Notes: a model not told the origin generated them from the sequence alone. A stretch of 64,000 bases of DNA from Calditrichales bacterium (GCA_965267575.1 OZ254086.1:576001-640000); one strand, 5' to 3'. Shown: positions 38,080-49,648, numbered from the stretch's first letter. Made by a program: numbers and translations.

Positions 38080-39066
38080 CTATTTCTCTTCGGTCTTTAC
38101 GTATTTATCAACGTTCATACCAAAGTGAAGACCTCTCTCTTCCAATATTTTGCCTAATTCCATTAAAGACTTGCGGCCAAAGTTTTTAAACTTCAACATT
38201 TCGGACTCTTCACGGCGTACAAGGTCACCGATGGTCTTGATATTTGCAGCTTTAAGACAGTTGTGCGAACGAACAGAAAGCTCAAGTTCGTCAACGCTCA
38301 TCTTAAGCAGCTTCTTAATACGCAGCGTTTCCTCATCAATTTCCTGCTGTTCCTCATCTTCAGTATCAATATCAAAATTGATAAACAGCTGGATATGATC
38401 TTTAAGGATCTTACCACTATAGGTAAGTGCTTCGTCGGGCGTAATGCTTCCGTCGGTTTCGATCTCGAGAATAAGCTTTTCGAAATCCGTACGCTGACCC
38501 ACACGTGTATTATCCACTTCATATCGCACATTCAGGATCGGCGAGAAAATCGCGTCTATCGGGATTACACCGATAGGCTGATCAGTCTCCTTGTTTTCCT
38601 CGGCAGTAGCATACCCGCGGCCTTTACCAATGCGCAGCTCGATGTCGAGATGGGCATCTTCATTCAGGCTGGCTATGTGCTGATCGGGATTAAGCACTTC
38701 AAAATCGTTGGTGTTATCCTGGATGACCTTGGCATTAAAATCCAGCGGGCCCTTCAAAGTCAGATTCACTTTGTCCGGTCGCTTATTTAAAAGCCGGATA
38801 CGCACCTGTTTCAGGTTGAGGATAAATTCGGTCATATCCTCATAAACGCCATCGATTTGCGTAAATTCGTGCTGTATATCGTTTATTTTAACCGCAGTTA
38901 TGGCAGAGCCATGCAGAGACGACAGCAAAACGCGTCTGAACATGTTACCAATCGTAACGCCATAACCCTTTTCGAGTGGTTGTATAATAAAACGCCCGAA
39001 TGTATTGCTGTAACTGGCTTCATCCAGCTCAATTCTTTCAGGCATTGTCAAATTGGACCAGCTCAT
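38080..39066 (-). CDS. rpoA: RNA polymerase subunit alpha
   Basis: PLEKGYGVTIGN..RRVLLSS, ELELSVRSHNCLK, NFGRKSL. Confidence 0.98.
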   Translation of the reverse strand: MSWSNLTMPERIELDEASYSNTFGRFIIQPLEKGYGVTIGNMFRRVLLSSLHGSAITAVKINDIQHEFTQIDGVYEDMTEFILNLKQVRIRLLNKRPDKVNLTLKGPLDFNAKVIQDNTNDFEVLNPDQHIASLNEDAHLDIELRIGKGRGYATAEENKETDQPIGVIPIDAIFSPILNVRYEVDNTRVGQRTDFEKLILEIETDGSITPDEALTYSGKILKDHIQLFINFDIDTEDEEQQEIDEETLRIKKLLKMSVDELELSVRSHNCLKAANIKTIGDLVRREESEMLKFKNFGRKSLMELGKILEERGLHFGMNVDKYVKTEEK

Positions 39067-39092
39067 TATTCACCTTTTTTAATTATTCAAAT

Positions 39093-39707
39093 TTACTTGG
39101 AGTACAACTCCACTATCATGCTTTCCTGAATGTTAACCGGAATTTCATCGCGGTTCGGAGCATACAGGTATTCTCCGGAAAGCTTGGCTTTATCAAGTTT
39201 AAGCCAGGGATACATATTGTCCGCCCTTACCTTTTTCAAAGATTCGTGAAATACCGAAAGACGACGGCTTTTTTCACGCACCTGAATACTGTCACCGGCG
39301 CTCAAAACGAAAGACGGTATGTTCACAACCTGGTTGTTAACCGTGATATGCTTATGTAAAACAAGCTGACGGGCCTGAGACCTTGATGTCGCCAAACCTA
39401 GCCTGAACACGGTATTATCAAGACGGCTTTCCAGAAGCAACAGAAGGTTTTCGCCGGTTACGCCCTTCATGCGTTCGGCTCTTTTGAAGTACCTGCGGAA
39501 CTGCTTTTCCAAAAGGCCATACATGATTTTCAGTTTTTGCTTTTCCTTAAGCTGAATCCCGTAGTCAGATACTTTCTTCCGCGCCATGCCGTGTTGTCCC
39601 GGCGGATATGGCTTATTGTTCAGAAGCTTGTCAAACTTGGGATTACCAAAAATGTTTTCACCAAATTTACGGACTAATTTACCGCGTGGTCCTGTATATC
39701 GTGCCAT
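39093..39707 (-). CDS. rpsD: 30S ribosomal protein S4
   Basis: MARYTGP, PPGQHG, LESRLDN.VFR, IVELYSK. Confidence 0.98.
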   Translation of the reverse strand: MARYTGPRGKLVRKFGENIFGNPKFDKLLNNKPYPPGQHGMARKKVSDYGIQLKEKQKLKIMYGLLEKQFRRYFKRAERMKGVTGENLLLLLESRLDNTVFRLGLATSRSQARQLVLHKHITVNNQVVNIPSFVLSAGDSIQVREKSRRLSVFHESLKKVRADNMYPWLKLDKAKLSGEYLYAPNRDEIPVNIQESMIVELYSK

Positions 39708-39727
39708 TCAATTAAACTCCGATTCGT

Positions 39728-40123
39728 TTAAACACGTCTCTTTTTCGGCGGACGGCAGCCATTGTGAGGGATAGGAGTCACATCCTTAATGGAAATAACT
39801 TCGAGGCCGGCTGCCTGCAGCGAGCGAATAGCCGCTTCACGGCCGGAACCGGGTCCCTTCACCTCAATATCAATCGTCTTTAAACCCATGTCGATTGCTG
39901 TTTTGGCAGCATTCTCCGCAGCAACCTGCGCAGCGTAAGGCGTGTTTTTCCGGGATCCTTTAAAACCCACCTTACCGGCGGTCGCCCAGGAAACAACATT
40001 GCCATAGCTGTCGGACAGACTGACGGTCGTATTGTTAAAGGTCGATTTGATGTGCGCTTTGCCGTGTGGCTCAACGGTTTTCTTTTTAACTTTTTTTCTG
40101 GTTTGTTTTTTAGGTGCAGCCAA
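39728..40123 (-). CDS. rpsK: 30S ribosomal protein S11
   Basis: [38 protein letters not shown]. Confidence 0.98.
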   Translation of the reverse strand: MAAPKKQTRKKVKKKTVEPHGKAHIKSTFNNTTVSLSDSYGNVVSWATAGKVGFKGSRKNTPYAAQVAAENAAKTAIDMGLKTIDIEVKGPGSGREAAIRSLQAAGLEVISIKDVTPIPHNGCRPPKKRRV

Positions 40124-40141
40124 GGCTAACCTCCACTAAAC

Positions 40142-40510
40142 TTATTTCTTTTTTCCACCGACTGCACGACGGCGTCCCTTGCGCGTACGTGCATTTGTTT
40201 TTGTGCGCTGACCGCGTACGGGAAGACCACGGTGATGGCGATATCCGCGGGTCGAGTTGATGTCCATCAGGCGCTTAATGTTCATCTGAACTTCGCTTTT
40301 GAGGGCACCCTCCACCTTAAACTCATCCTGGATCACTTTGCGAATTTTACTTACTTCTTCTTCGCTAAGATCGTTGACCCGGGTATTTACATCCACGGAA
40401 CACTTATCACAGATAGCTTGCGCCGTCGCTTTCCCGATACCGTAAATGTAGGTTAAACCGATCAACACGCGCTTATTTTTTGGTAAATCTACACCTGCTA
40501 TACGTGCCAA
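40142..40510 (-). CDS. rpsM: 30S ribosomal protein S13
   Basis: [28 protein letters not shown]. Confidence 0.98.
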   Translation of the reverse strand: MARIAGVDLPKNKRVLIGLTYIYGIGKATAQAICDKCSVDVNTRVNDLSEEEVSKIRKVIQDEFKVEGALKSEVQMNIKRLMDINSTRGYRHHRGLPVRGQRTKTNARTRKGRRRAVGGKKK

Positions 40511-40535
40511 CTTTTACTCCTAAACTTTAAAACTT

Positions 40536-40652
40536 TTAACCCTGGCGCTGCTTATGGCGCGGATTTTTTTTGCAAATTACCCGCACAACACCACGCCTGC
40601 GGATTATTTTACATCCGTCGCAGATACGCTTTACTGAAGGTTGTACTTTCAT
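40536..40652 (-). CDS. rpmJ: 50S ribosomal protein L36 (Zn-binding type; below the ORF-track cutoff)
   Basis: Manual translation [38 protein letters not shown]. Confidence 0.97.
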   Translation of the reverse strand: MKVQPSVKRICDGCKIIRRRGVVRVICKKNPRHKQRQG

Positions 40653-40664
40653 CATTTACCCTTG

Positions 40665-40886
40665 CTATTTATATCGGTAAACGATACGACCACGTGTCAA
40701 ATCATAAGGAGAAAGCTCCATACTTACTTTGTCACCCGGAAGTATCTTGATAAAATGCATCCTCATTTTACCGGAAATATAGGCCAGGACTTCGTGGCCG
40801 TTTTCCAGTGTTACAATGAAAGACGCATTTGGTAACGTCTCTTTTATAATTCCGTCAACGCGAATTGCTTCTTGCTTTTTAGCCAA
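40665..40886 (-). CDS. infA: Translation initiation factor IF-1
   Basis: [41 protein letters not shown]. Confidence 0.98.
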   Translation of the reverse strand: MAKKQEAIRVDGIIKETLPNASFIVTLENGHEVLAYISGKMRMHFIKILPGDKVSMELSPYDLTRGRIVYRYK

Positions 40887-40908
40887 GAAAACCTCTTGTT
40901 TTATACTA

Positions 40909-42234
40909 CTATCTTCTGCCCTTTATAGCACCGGATTTCATAAAGCCTTCATAGTGTCGCTCAAACAGCTGAGATTCGATCTGCTGCAGAAAGTCGAGCG
41001 CGACACCAACAATGATAAGCAGTCCGGTACCGCCGAAAAACTGTGCCAAACTAAAAGGCACGTTAGCCCATTTGTTTAGCATTGCCGGGATAATCGCAAC
41101 AATCGCCAAAAATATGGAGGCAGGTAATGTAATACGTGTAAGAATATTATCCAAAAATTCTGCGGTCTTTTTACCTGGCCTCACACCCGGAATAAAACCA
41201 CCCTGTTTTTTTAGATTGTCAGCCACATCCGTTGGGTTTAATGCAATCGCCGTGTAAAAATAGGTAAAGAAGACAATCATTAAACCGTATACGATCCAAT
41301 AGACCCAGGAGTCCATGGAGAACCAGCCCTGAACCATGAGCATAAAATCATTCTCGGGCGCAAACGTTAGCACGGTGGTTGGCACAAACATCAATGCCTG
41401 TGCAAAAATAATGGGCATTACACCGGCTGTATTCACTTTCATCGGGAAGTGTGTCTGTACGCCACCGTAAACTTTACGGCCTACTACGCGCTTGGCGTAC
41501 TGCACAGGAATTTTTCGCGTTCCTTGCGTGAGAAGAACAACCACGTAGATAATGCCAAATGCAACAGCCGCCAAAATCACCTCAAAAAGAAGCGTTCTTT
41601 GTCCGGAAGAGAATTGTACCCACTCCTCTGTAAGCGCCTGTGGCAGTGCCGCGATGATTCCGATAAAAATAATCAGTGAAATACCATTTCCTATACCGCG
41701 ATCATCAATCTGTTCTCCAAGCCACATAATGAGCATCGTCCCGGATGCCATTGATATCATCGTTAACAGAATAAAGGGCACACCCGGGTCAGGAACAGCC
41801 AGTCTACCGTCGGGCAACTGTATACTCTGCAAAAAGATTGCGACCCCGGCCGCCTGCGCGAGAGAAATACCCAAAGTCCCATAACGCGTATACTGAATAA
41901 TCTTTTTACGGCCTTCATCACCTTCTCTTTGCAGCTTTTGAAAATAAGGAAATACGGCACCCAGAAGCTGAATGATAATCGAAGCGCTGATGTAAGGCAT
42001 TATGCCCAGTCCGAAAAGCGCCGCCTTGCTGAACGCGCCGCCTGCAAACAAGTCGTATAATCCAAAAAGCGTTCCCTGCAGGTTACGAAATCCTTCCGTA
42101 AGTGCTGCTGTGTCAATTCCAGGCGTTACAATGTGCGTACCAATACGCTCAATGCCCAAAATCATCAGGGTAAAAAGAATTCTTTTGCGCAGTTCCGCTA
42201 TTTTGAAAACGTTTCGAAAGGTCTGGAAGATCAT
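40909..42234 (-). CDS. secY: Preprotein translocase subunit SecY
   Basis: [54 protein letters not shown]. Confidence 0.98.
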   Translation of the reverse strand: MIFQTFRNVFKIAELRKRILFTLMILGIERIGTHIVTPGIDTAALTEGFRNLQGTLFGLYDLFAGGAFSKAALFGLGIMPYISASIIIQLLGAVFPYFQKLQREGDEGRKKIIQYTRYGTLGISLAQAAGVAIFLQSIQLPDGRLAVPDPGVPFILLTMISMASGTMLIMWLGEQIDDRGIGNGISLIIFIGIIAALPQALTEEWVQFSSGQRTLLFEVILAAVAFGIIYVVVLLTQGTRKIPVQYAKRVVGRKVYGGVQTHFPMKVNTAGVMPIIFAQALMFVPTTVLTFAPENDFMLMVQGWFSMDSWVYWIVYGLMIVFFTYFYTAIALNPTDVADNLKKQGGFIPGVRPGKKTAEFLDNILTRITLPASIFLAIVAIIPAMLNKWANVPFSLAQFFGGTGLLIIVGVALDFLQQIESQLFERHYEGFMKSGAIKGRR

Positions 42235-42668
42235 ATCAGCGTTACCGAGCCTCCTGCTTTTTCAATCTTTTCCCTGGCAGATTTGCTGATGGCATTTACG
42301 GTTACATCAACTTTTTTGCTTATCTCACCTGTGCCAAGGACCTTAACCGGCCCGCGCTGGCGACGTATAAGCTTTTTTCCGTAAAGCACTTCAGGCGTAA
42401 TTTCATTGACGTCGAGTTCGGCAAGCTCACTCACGTTAACAACCTGATAGACCACCTTGTTGATATTTGTAAATCCGAATTTGGGCAAGCGCCTTTGCAG
42501 AGGCATCTGTCCGCCTTCGAACCATGCGCGTTTTTTGGAACCGGCGCGCGAGCCATAACCTTTATGTCCGCGTCCTGCGGTTACTCCAAGACCGGAACCT
42601 TCACCGCGTCCGCGTCTTTTCCGGTTTTTTGTTGATCCCGGATTTGGCTTTAGTGTTTTTAAATCCAT
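42231..42668 (-). CDS. rplO: 50S ribosomal protein L15
   Basis: RRGRG.GSG.G.TAGRGHKG, FEGGQMPL.RRLPK.GF. Confidence 0.98.
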   Translation of the reverse strand: MDLKTLKPNPGSTKNRKRRGRGEGSGLGVTAGRGHKGYGSRAGSKKRAWFEGGQMPLQRRLPKFGFTNINKVVYQVVNVSELAELDVNEITPEVLYGKKLIRRQRGPVKVLGTGEISKKVDVTVNAISKSAREKIEKAGGSVTLI

Positions 42669-42688
42669 AATTCTGAAGCTTCCTGGTT

Positions 42689-42883
42689 CTAGTTAACCTC
42701 TTCAACGGATACCAAATGCTCCACCTTGCGGATCATGCCTTCGATCTGCGGTGTCGCATCATGTACTACCGTTTGATGCATTTTTTTTAATCCCAGGGCG
42801 ACAAGCGTCTGTTTTTGGCTCTTGTGAAAACCAATGCCGCTCTTAACCTGGGTAATTTTCAATTGACCTTTTTTCTTTGCCAT
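42689..42883 (-). CDS. rpmD: 50S ribosomal protein L30
   Basis: [26 protein letters not shown]. Confidence 0.96.
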   Translation of the reverse strand: MAKKKGQLKITQVKSGIGFHKSQKQTLVALGLKKMHQTVVHDATPQIEGMIRKVEHLVSVEEVN

Positions 42884-42900
42884 CTTCTTTTCCTTCGCCG

Positions 42901-43407
42901 TTAGCCGTGAAACAATTGACCGAGCGACAGCCCGCGATTTTTCGCTACGGTTTCAGCGCTCATCATGTCACGAAGCGCTTTAAAAGTAGCTTTGCTCAGG
43001 TTGTGCGGATTAGAAGACCCGTTCGACTTGGTCAGGATATTCTGCACACCGGCCATCTCGACGATAGCTCTTACAGCCCCGCCTGCGATAACACCTGTAC
43101 CGGGCGCCGCGGGCTTTAGAACAACCTTTGCCGCTCCGAAACGTGCAATAACCGGGTAAGGTATTGTACCTTCCAGCAAAGCAATACGAACCAGGTTTTT
43201 CTTGGCCTGCTCCGTCGCCTTGGAAATGGCGTTGATCACCTCATTGGCTTTGCCCAGGCCCAATCCGACAATACCGTTCCCGTCTCCCACAACCACAATG
43301 GCGTTAAACGAGAAACGGCGGCCGCCTTTAAGCACCTTGGCAACACGGTTGATGTAAACGACTTTTTCCTTTAAATCCAATTCGCTTGGATTGATTCGTT
43401 CCAGCAC
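42901..43407 (-). CDS. rpsE: 30S ribosomal protein S5
   Basis: [26 protein letters not shown]. Confidence 0.98.
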   Translation of the reverse strand: MLERINPSELDLKEKVVYINRVAKVLKGGRRFSFNAIVVVGDGNGIVGLGLGKANEVINAISKATEQAKKNLVRIALLEGTIPYPVIARFGAAKVVLKPAAPGTGVIAGGAVRAIVEMAGVQNILTKSNGSSNPHNLSKATFKALRDMMSAETVAKNRGLSLGQLFHG

Positions 43408-43422
43408 GCTAAATACTCCTTC

Positions 43423-43755
43423 TTAGAACTTCAGTCCACCTTCGCGGGCACCATCGGCAAGTGCTTTAACCCGCCCATGGTATATATAGCCGTTACGATC
43501 AAAAACGACGGTGGAGATTTTTTTCTCTTTAGCTTTTTCAGCCAGCGCTTTACCAATCAAGGCTGCAGCTTCTGTTTTATTGGCTGCTTTCTTCAGCTTG
43601 GCTTTTACATCTTTGCTCACGTTGGACACACCAAACAAAACCTTGCCTTGGCTGTCGTCAACAATCTGCGCCTGGATATGGCGCAGGCTGCGGTAAATTA
43701 CCAGCCGTGGTTTTTCCGCTGTGCCAAATACAGCTCTTTTTCTTTTCGATTTCAT
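43423..43755 (-). CDS. rplR: 50S ribosomal protein L18 (may start at ATA 43782, see findings)
   Basis: GTAEKPRL.IYRS, VVFDRNGY.YHGRVKALADGAREGGL.F. Confidence 0.96.
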   Translation of the reverse strand: MKSKRKRAVFGTAEKPRLVIYRSLRHIQAQIVDDSQGKVLFGVSNVSKDVKAKLKKAANKTEAAALIGKALAEKAKEKKISTVVFDRNGYIYHGRVKALADGAREGGLKF

Positions 43756-43778
43756 TTCTGCTAACCTTGCGCTTTTAC

Positions 43779-44318
43779 TTATTTACCTGCTGTTTTGCCT
43801 GCTTTGCGGCGTACGTACTCATCCGCGTACTTTATACCCTTTCCTTTGTAGGGTTCGGGTGTGCGGTAGCTGCGTATCTTCGCGGCAATTTTACCCACTT
43901 TTTCCTTGTCGATGCCGCTAATGATAATCTCGTTGGGCGTAGGCGTCGTAACTGAAATATCATCGGTAAATGCCATCATGATGGCGTGCGAGTAGCCCAC
44001 GTTCAGAATCAGTGTTTTGCCTTTTGTTTCCGCTTTGTAGCCGATGCCCACAATTTCCAGTTTTATGGAAAAGCCTTCGGAAACACCCTGAACCATGTTG
44101 GAAATCAGGGCACGGCTCAGCCCGTGCAAACTGCGATCGACTTTGCTGTCACTCTTACGCTGAACGATGACCTCACCGTTTTCCATGCTCAGCGTCATCC
44201 TGTCGCTGAACTTCCGGGTTAACTCACCCTTGGGTCCCTTTACCGTCAAAACGTTCTTATCGATGTTGGCGGTAACTGCACCCGGGATTTTTATTGGTAA
44301 TTTTCCAATGCGTGACAC
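43779..44318 (-). CDS. rplF: 50S ribosomal protein L6
   Basis: GTG start 44318 (SRIGKLPI), VKGPKGEL, PEPYKGKGIKY. Confidence 0.97.
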   Translation of the reverse strand: MSRIGKLPIKIPGAVTANIDKNVLTVKGPKGELTRKFSDRMTLSMENGEVIVQRKSDSKVDRSLHGLSRALISNMVQGVSEGFSIKLEIVGIGYKAETKGKTLILNVGYSHAIMMAFTDDISVTTPTPNEIIISGIDKEKVGKIAAKIRSYRTPEPYKGKGIKYADEYVRRKAGKTAGK

Positions 44319-44337
44319 GTTTAATTCCCCTATAATT

Positions 44338-44736
44338 TTACCAAATGTGACAGAGTACTTCTCCGCCCACATTCTGCCTTTCGGCTTCGCGCGCGGTTAC
44401 CAAGCCGTTCGGCGTGGTTAAAATTGCAATACCCAGGTTATTTTTCACACGCGGTAAATTGTCAACATTAACATATCTTCTTCTGCCCGGCTTACTGATC
44501 CGCTTCATCTCATGAATAACGGATTCGCCTGTTTGCGTGTACTTTAACCAGATACGCACCAAGCCCTGTTTGCCGTCATCTATAACGATATATTTTTTGA
44601 TATATCCCTGCTGAAGCAGGATTTTTGAAAGCTGTCTTTTAATATTGGAAGCCGGAATATCCACGTGTTTATGTTTGGCATGCAGTGCGTTGCGTACACG
44701 TGTTAGATAATCGGCTATAGGATCTGACATAGACAT
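44338..44736 (-). CDS. rpsH: 30S ribosomal protein S8
   Basis: DPIADYLTR.RNA, RISKPGRR.Y, GGEVLC.IW. Confidence 0.98.
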   Translation of the reverse strand: MSMSDPIADYLTRVRNALHAKHKHVDIPASNIKRQLSKILLQQGYIKKYIVIDDGKQGLVRIWLKYTQTGESVIHEMKRISKPGRRRYVNVDNLPRVKNNLGIAILTTPNGLVTAREAERQNVGGEVLCHIW

Positions 44737-44755
44737 GAACTTTTTTACCTCCGAA

Positions 44756-44941
44756 CTACCAGCTTGCTTTGGTTACACCCGGAATCTCTCCCTGCAGGGA
44801 AAGGTCCCGGAAACAAATGCGGCAAATTCCAAACTTGCGCATATACGCACGCGGACGACCACAGCGATTGCAGCGGTTGTATTCACGCACTTTAAATTTT
44901 TGTTTTCTTTTCGCTTTAACGACCAGGCATTTCTTAGCCAA
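44756..44941 (-). CDS. rpsN: 30S ribosomal protein S14, Zn-binding type Z
   Basis: RCNRCGRPR...[20 protein letters not shown]. Confidence 0.97.
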   Translation of the reverse strand: MAKKCLVVKAKRKQKFKVREYNRCNRCGRPRAYMRKFGICRICFRDLSLQGEIPGVTKASW

Positions 44942-44955
44942 TTTTACCTCCCGTC

Positions 44956-45516
44956 CTAATTGACGCTTTTGCGAAACGGAAAGCCAAGCGCTTTCAACAA
45001 TTCGTATGCTTCTTCATCAGTTTGCGCGGAGGTCACAATCGTGATATCGAATCCGCGGATTTTGTCAATCTTATCCATGTTGATTTCCGGAAAGATAATC
45101 TGCTCTTTAACGCCGATTGAATAGTTTCCGCGTCCGTCAAAAGATTTGTCGGAATAGCCGCGGAAGTCACGCACACGCGGTGTGGCAACGGCAATAAACC
45201 GATCCAGAAATTCATACATACGCTGACGCCGCATTGTAACCATGCAACCGACTTTCATGCCTTCGCGCAATTTGAAGTTAGATATGGATTTTCTGGCGGA
45301 GCGAACCGCAGGTTTCTGACCGGTAATCGTGGTCAGATCGTTTATCGATGCTTCCAGAAACTTGGCATCCTGTATGGCTTCTCCAACCCCCATATTTACG
45401 GAGATCTTTAACAGCCTTGGAACTTCGTGCTTATTGGTATAGCCAAACTTTTTTTCAAGATAGGGGATCACTTCTTCCCTGTATTTTTTGGCTAATCGTG
45501 GAATATATTCGGACAT
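44956..45516 (-). CDS. rplE: 50S ribosomal protein L5
   Basis: Likely start ATG 45516 (GAGG RBS); ITGQKP, FKLREG, FDGRGNY. Confidence 0.97.
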   Translation of the reverse strand: MSEYIPRLAKKYREEVIPYLEKKFGYTNKHEVPRLLKISVNMGVGEAIQDAKFLEASINDLTTITGQKPAVRSARKSISNFKLREGMKVGCMVTMRRQRMYEFLDRFIAVATPRVRDFRGYSDKSFDGRGNYSIGVKEQIIFPEINMDKIDKIRGFDITIVTSAQTDEEAYELLKALGFPFRKSVN

Positions 45517-45536
45517 TTTTACCTCATCCACATCCA

Positions 45537-45857
45537 TTAGTTTATGATTTCACCCTGGCAATCCGGATTCTTGCAATAACGTACTTTGCTTCCGTCTTCC
45601 AGTTTTTTATAACCAACACGCGTCGTGGTATTAAACTTTGTCGAATAATACATCACGTTGGATACGTGTATGGGTGCTTCTTTTTCTATGATTCCGCCTT
45701 GCGGATTTTTCTGGCTAGGACGTGTGTGTCTCTTGATCACATTTACGCCCTCTACAATAACCCGGCTTTCTTCAGGAAATACTTTCAGCACTTTGCTGAT
45801 CTTTCCCTTATACTTCCCGGATATAATCATTACATTGTCATTTTTCTTAATATGCAT
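45537..45857 (-). CDS. rplX: 50S ribosomal protein L24
   Basis: [22 protein letters not shown]. Confidence 0.97.
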   Translation of the reverse strand: MHIKKNDNVMIISGKYKGKISKVLKVFPEESRVIVEGVNVIKRHTRPSQKNPQGGIIEKEAPIHVSNVMYYSTKFNTTTRVGYKKLEDGSKVRYCKNPDCQGEIIN

Positions 45858-45874
45858 CCTGACTCTCCCGACCT

Positions 45875-46243
45875 TTAAAGCACTTCAGGTGCCAGCGAAA
45901 CAATCTTCATAAACCGCTTTTCGCGCAACTCCCGCGCAACCGGTCCGAAAATACGTGTTCCCCGTGGCTCGTTCTGGTTATCAAGAATCACGGCTGCGTT
46001 TTCGTCAAACCGGATATATGAACCGTCTTTACGGCGGATTTCTTTTTTGGTGCGTACCACAACGGCTTTGTGCACGCTGCCTTTCTTAACGTTGCCACCG
46101 GGTATAGCGCTTTTTACGGATATAACGATGATGTCACCGATAGTGGCATACTTTTTCCCGGACCCGCCGAGCACCCGGATACACATCATTTTTTGAGCGC
46201 CGGAGTTGTCTGCGGCAACAAGTCTTGTTTGCTCTTGAATCAT
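45875..46243 (-). CDS. rplN: 50S ribosomal protein L14
   Basis: [26 protein letters not shown]. Confidence 0.98.
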   Translation of the reverse strand: MIQEQTRLVAADNSGAQKMMCIRVLGGSGKKYATIGDIIVISVKSAIPGGNVKKGSVHKAVVVRTKKEIRRKDGSYIRFDENAAVILDNQNEPRGTRIFGPVARELREKRFMKIVSLAPEVL

Positions 46244-46267
46244 TTTATCAACCCGTTACAAAAATCG

Positions 46268-46528
46268 TTATTTTACCTTTTCCACGACTTCAAGCAAACG
46301 CCATTTTTTGGATTTACTGAGAGGGCGTGTTTCCATTATTCTTACAAGATCGCCTTCCTGACAGGTATTCTCAGGGTCATGGGCATAAAGCTTCATGGTC
46401 TTCTTTACAAATTTTCCATAAACCGGATGCTGCAGGCGTCGAACAACGGCCACGGTGATGGTCTTGTCCATCTTGTTGCTGACAACCCGCCCGATACGGG
46501 TCTTTCTTACTTTACGTGTTGTCTCCAT
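46268..46528 (-). CDS. rpsQ: 30S ribosomal protein S17
   Basis: [26 protein letters not shown]. Confidence 0.98.
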   Translation of the reverse strand: METTRKVRKTRIGRVVSNKMDKTITVAVVRRLQHPVYGKFVKKTMKLYAHDPENTCQEGDLVRIMETRPLSKSKKWRLLEVVEKVK

Positions 46529-46535
46529 CTATCTG

Positions 46536-46742
46536 TCAACTTTCCGCTTTATTGCTCTGTTTTTGATGTAAGAATGTTTTGATACGCGCGATATCGCGGC
46601 GTACAAAGCGAATCCTTAAAGGATTTGTTATCTGGTGAGTGGCCTGCTGCAAGCGCAGATTTTCCATTTCTTCCAGGCGCTCCTGCAGCTTTTCGTTTAA
46701 CTCTTCCAGCGTTTTTTCTTTATAATCTTCAACCGATTTCAT
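46536..46742 (-). CDS. rpmC: 50S ribosomal protein L29
   Basis: NLR.Q.AT....NP..IR.VRRDIARIKT; position in the S10 operon. Confidence 0.95.
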   Translation of the reverse strand: MKSVEDYKEKTLEELNEKLQERLEEMENLRLQQATHQITNPLRIRFVRRDIARIKTFLHQKQSNKAES

Positions 46743-46753
46743 TGCTGTGCCTT

Positions 46754-47164
46754 TTAGCTTTCAGTATGTACAAATTTTGTTTTAATCGGCAATTTATGAG
46801 ATGCCAGGCGCATGGCCTCTTTGGCGATATCCATAGGTACGCCCTCAAGCTCAAACAGTACGCGTCCGGGGCGCACAACCGCTACCCAATATTCGGGTGA
46901 ACCTTTTCCTTTACCCATACGCGTTTCAGCAGGCTTCTTCGTCACCGGCTTGTCCGGAAATATGCGGATCCAGACTTTACCGCCACGCTTGATATGTCGG
47001 GTGATGGCGATACGCGTCGCTTCAATCTGGCGGCTTGTAATCCAGCCCGACTCCAAAGCTTTAAGCCCGTAGGTTCCAAACGCGATGTAGTTTCCGCGCT
47101 GGGCATTGCCCTTCATTTTTCCGCGTTGCTTCTTACGGTATTTAACCCTTTTTGGCATCAACAT
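46754..47164 (-). CDS. rplP: 50S ribosomal protein L16
   Basis: [27 protein letters not shown]. Confidence 0.98.
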   Translation of the reverse strand: MLMPKRVKYRKKQRGKMKGNAQRGNYIAFGTYGLKALESGWITSRQIEATRIAITRHIKRGGKVWIRIFPDKPVTKKPAETRMGKGKGSPEYWVAVVRPGRVLFELEGVPMDIAKEAMRLASHKLPIKTKFVHTES

Positions 47165-47196
47165 GATTTTATTCTCCTAAACCTTTGCGAACCGTC

Positions 47197-47829
47197 TTAT
47201 CTCTTGCCAATCACTTCGCCGTTGAATATCCACACTTTTACGCCGATACAGCCATAGGTGGTGTGAGACGTGAATGTGGCATAATCAATATCAGCCCGCA
47301 GTGTATGCAAAGGAATGCGTCCTTCCTTGTATTGTTCTGTGCGCGCCATCTCCGCACCGCCCAGACGCCCCGAACACATGATCTTGATACCTTCTGCCCC
47401 AAGACGCATAGTGGAGGTCATCGCTTTTTTCATTGCGCGGCGGAAACTAACCTTTCCGGCAAGCTGGCGACCGATGTTTTCTGCGACAAGATAGGCGTCC
47501 AGTTCCGGCTTCTTGATTTCATTAATATTGATCTGAACTTCCTTGCCGGTAAGCCTTTTCAGCTCTTCCTTAAGCTTGTCTACCTCGGAACCTTTTTTGC
47601 CGATCACAATGCCCGGACGGGCGGTGTGAATGGTCAATATTACGCGCTTGCTTGTGCGCTCAATTTCGATCTTGGAAACGGCTGCCTTACGCAAACGGTT
47701 GTTTATGTATTTGCGAAGCGTTAAATCTTCTTCCAGCTTTTCGGCAAAGTTTTTTTCGTCGAACCAACTGCTGTTCCAGGAACGAATAATTCCAAGACGT
47801 AATCCAACCGGATTAACCTTCTGACCCAA
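47197..47829 (-). CDS. rpsC: 30S ribosomal protein S3
   Basis: [37 protein letters not shown]. Confidence 0.98.
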   Translation of the reverse strand: MGQKVNPVGLRLGIIRSWNSSWFDEKNFAEKLEEDLTLRKYINNRLRKAAVSKIEIERTSKRVILTIHTARPGIVIGKKGSEVDKLKEELKRLTGKEVQININEIKKPELDAYLVAENIGRQLAGKVSFRRAMKKAMTSTMRLGAEGIKIMCSGRLGGAEMARTEQYKEGRIPLHTLRADIDYATFTSHTTYGCIGVKVWIFNGEVIGKR

Positions 47830-47850
47830 AACGTTTCTCCTTACCTTGGC

Positions 47851-48189
47851 TTATAACTCTACAACGATCGTAACATGCGACGTGCGCTTGCGAATCTTTC
47901 CCGCACGGCCCATAGACATGGGGCGAAAACGCTTGACGATGGGACCACCGTCAACGTAAGCGGTCTTGATCCGCACATCACTCATATCAAAACGTTCGTC
48001 TTCGTTTTGATTGGAGAGATTGGCGAACGCTGTCTGAATCGTTTTGTAAACAGGAAGTGCGGCATTTTTTCTGGTAAAATGCAATATATCCAGCGCTTCC
48101 TGAACTGATTTCCCCTTTATCATGCCGACAACGCGGCGCAACTTCCAGGGAGACATCCGCAGATATTTTGCATGCGCAACTGCTTCCAT
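47851..48189 (-). CDS. rplV: 50S ribosomal protein L22
   Basis: RMSP.K.R.V, VDGGP..KR.RP..MGRA..I.KRTSH. Confidence 0.97.
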   Translation of the reverse strand: MEAVAHAKYLRMSPWKLRRVVGMIKGKSVQEALDILHFTRKNAALPVYKTIQTAFANLSNQNEDERFDMSDVRIKTAYVDGGPIVKRFRPMSMGRAGKIRKRTSHVTIVVEL

Positions 48190-48199
48190 CGTATCCTCT

Positions 48200-48487
48200 T
48201 TATTTCACTCGTGACATTCTTTCGGCCAGCTTACCGCCGTGGCCGCGAAACGTATGCGTGGGTGCGAATTCACCGAGTTTATGCCCCACCATATTTTCCG
48301 ATATATATACAGGAATAAATTTTATGCCATTATGCACAGCAATGGTATGTCCCACAAACTCCGGCGGTATCGTGCTGCGCCGGGCCCAGGTTTTTACCAC
48401 TACTTTTTTATTTTCCTCATTAAGCTTATTGACCTTTGCTTCAAGGCTCTGGTCAATATAAGGTCCCTTCTTTACAGACCGTGCCAT
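48200..48487 (-). CDS. rpsS: 30S ribosomal protein S19
   Basis: [22 protein letters not shown]. Confidence 0.98.
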   Translation of the reverse strand: MARSVKKGPYIDQSLEAKVNKLNEENKKVVVKTWARRSTIPPEFVGHTIAVHNGIKFIPVYISENMVGHKLGEFAPTHTFRGHGGKLAERMSRVK

Positions 48488-48504
48488 CCATTACTCCTTA
48501 AAAC

Positions 48505-49329
48505 TTATTTGCGCCGCTTAACAATAAGATTGCTAGATACTTTTTTCTTCTTGCGGGTTTTAAGCCCTTTTGCCAGCTGTCCCCACGGTGAACACGGATG
48601 ACGTCCGCCGGAAGTTTTACCTTCACCACCACCCATCGGGTGATCCACGGGGTTCATCGCTACGCCTCGTACATTCGGCCTGCGGCCAAGCCAGCGCGAA
48701 CGACCGGCTTTACCAAGCGAAATATTGAAATGCTCGATATTAGAAACAGTACCGATTGTAGCGTAGCACACCGAAGGCACCTTGCGCACTTCGCCGGAAG
48801 GCAGCTTTAACAAAGCGTATTTCCCTTCCCGCGCCAGCACCTGTGCCGACGTACCTGCTCCCCGCGCCATTTGCGCGCCCTTCTTAGGACGAAGCTCTAT
48901 GGCGTGAACGGTTAAACCGACCGGTATCTTCTCAAGCGGCAGGGTGTTCCCGGTACGGATCTCCACATCAGGCCCGCTCATCAGGCGATCACCCTGTTTC
49001 AACCCATCCGGTGCAAGAATGTAGCGCTTTTCTCCATCTTCGTAAGCCAAAAGCGCGATGCGTGCCGTCCTGTTCGGATCGTACTCGATGGACATAACCC
49101 TGGCTGCAATGCCATGTTTGTCACGCTTAAAATCAATTTTGCGATAGCGTCGCTTATGGCCACCACCTCTGTGCCAGATCGTAACACGACCCTGGCTGTT
49201 GCGGCCGCCGGATTTTTTCAGCGGCAGAAGAAGTGACTTTTCCGGTGTATCAGTCGTAACCTGTATAAAGTCACTAACCGTCTTAAACCTTTGTCCCGGC
49301 GTCATCGCCTTAAAACTTTTAATACCCAT
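48505..49329 (-). CDS. rplB: 50S ribosomal protein L2
   Basis: [29 protein letters not shown]. Confidence 0.98.
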   Translation of the reverse strand: MGIKSFKAMTPGQRFKTVSDFIQVTTDTPEKSLLLPLKKSGGRNSQGRVTIWHRGGGHKRRYRKIDFKRDKHGIAARVMSIEYDPNRTARIALLAYEDGEKRYILAPDGLKQGDRLMSGPDVEIRTGNTLPLEKIPVGLTVHAIELRPKKGAQMARGAGTSAQVLAREGKYALLKLPSGEVRKVPSVCYATIGTVSNIEHFNISLGKAGRSRWLGRRPNVRGVAMNPVDHPMGGGEGKTSGGRHPCSPWGQLAKGLKTRKKKKVSSNLIVKRRK

Positions 49330-49348
49330 TTCTCATTCTCCGCAGGCT

Positions 49349-49648
49349 TTATGCGTTATCGAACAATTCGATGCTTTGATCCGGCTGCAGTGTCACGATT
49401 GCCTTTTTCCAATCGGGACGCCTTCCTTCAAAGCGTCCGGCACGTGTCAACTGAAAACGCTTTTTGCCGCGCACATTGAATGTTCTTACAGATTTTACCT
49501 TAACATCAAACTTCTGCTCAACGGCCTTCTTTATCTCAATCTTATTGGCGTGTGCTTCCACCTGAAAGGCATACTTATTGAGCGCTTCCTGCTGCATCGT
49601 CATTTTTTCCGTAAACAACGGCCTGATTAAAATCATACGCGGTTTCAT
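49349..49648 (-). CDS. rplW: 50S ribosomal protein L23
   Basis: P..TEK, ANK.EIK.AVE..F.VKV, WKKAIVTL. Confidence 0.97.
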   Translation of the reverse strand: MKPRMILIRPLFTEKMTMQQEALNKYAFQVEAHANKIEIKKAVEQKFDVKVKSVRTFNVRGKKRFQLTRAGRFEGRRPDWKKAIVTLQPDQSIELFDNA

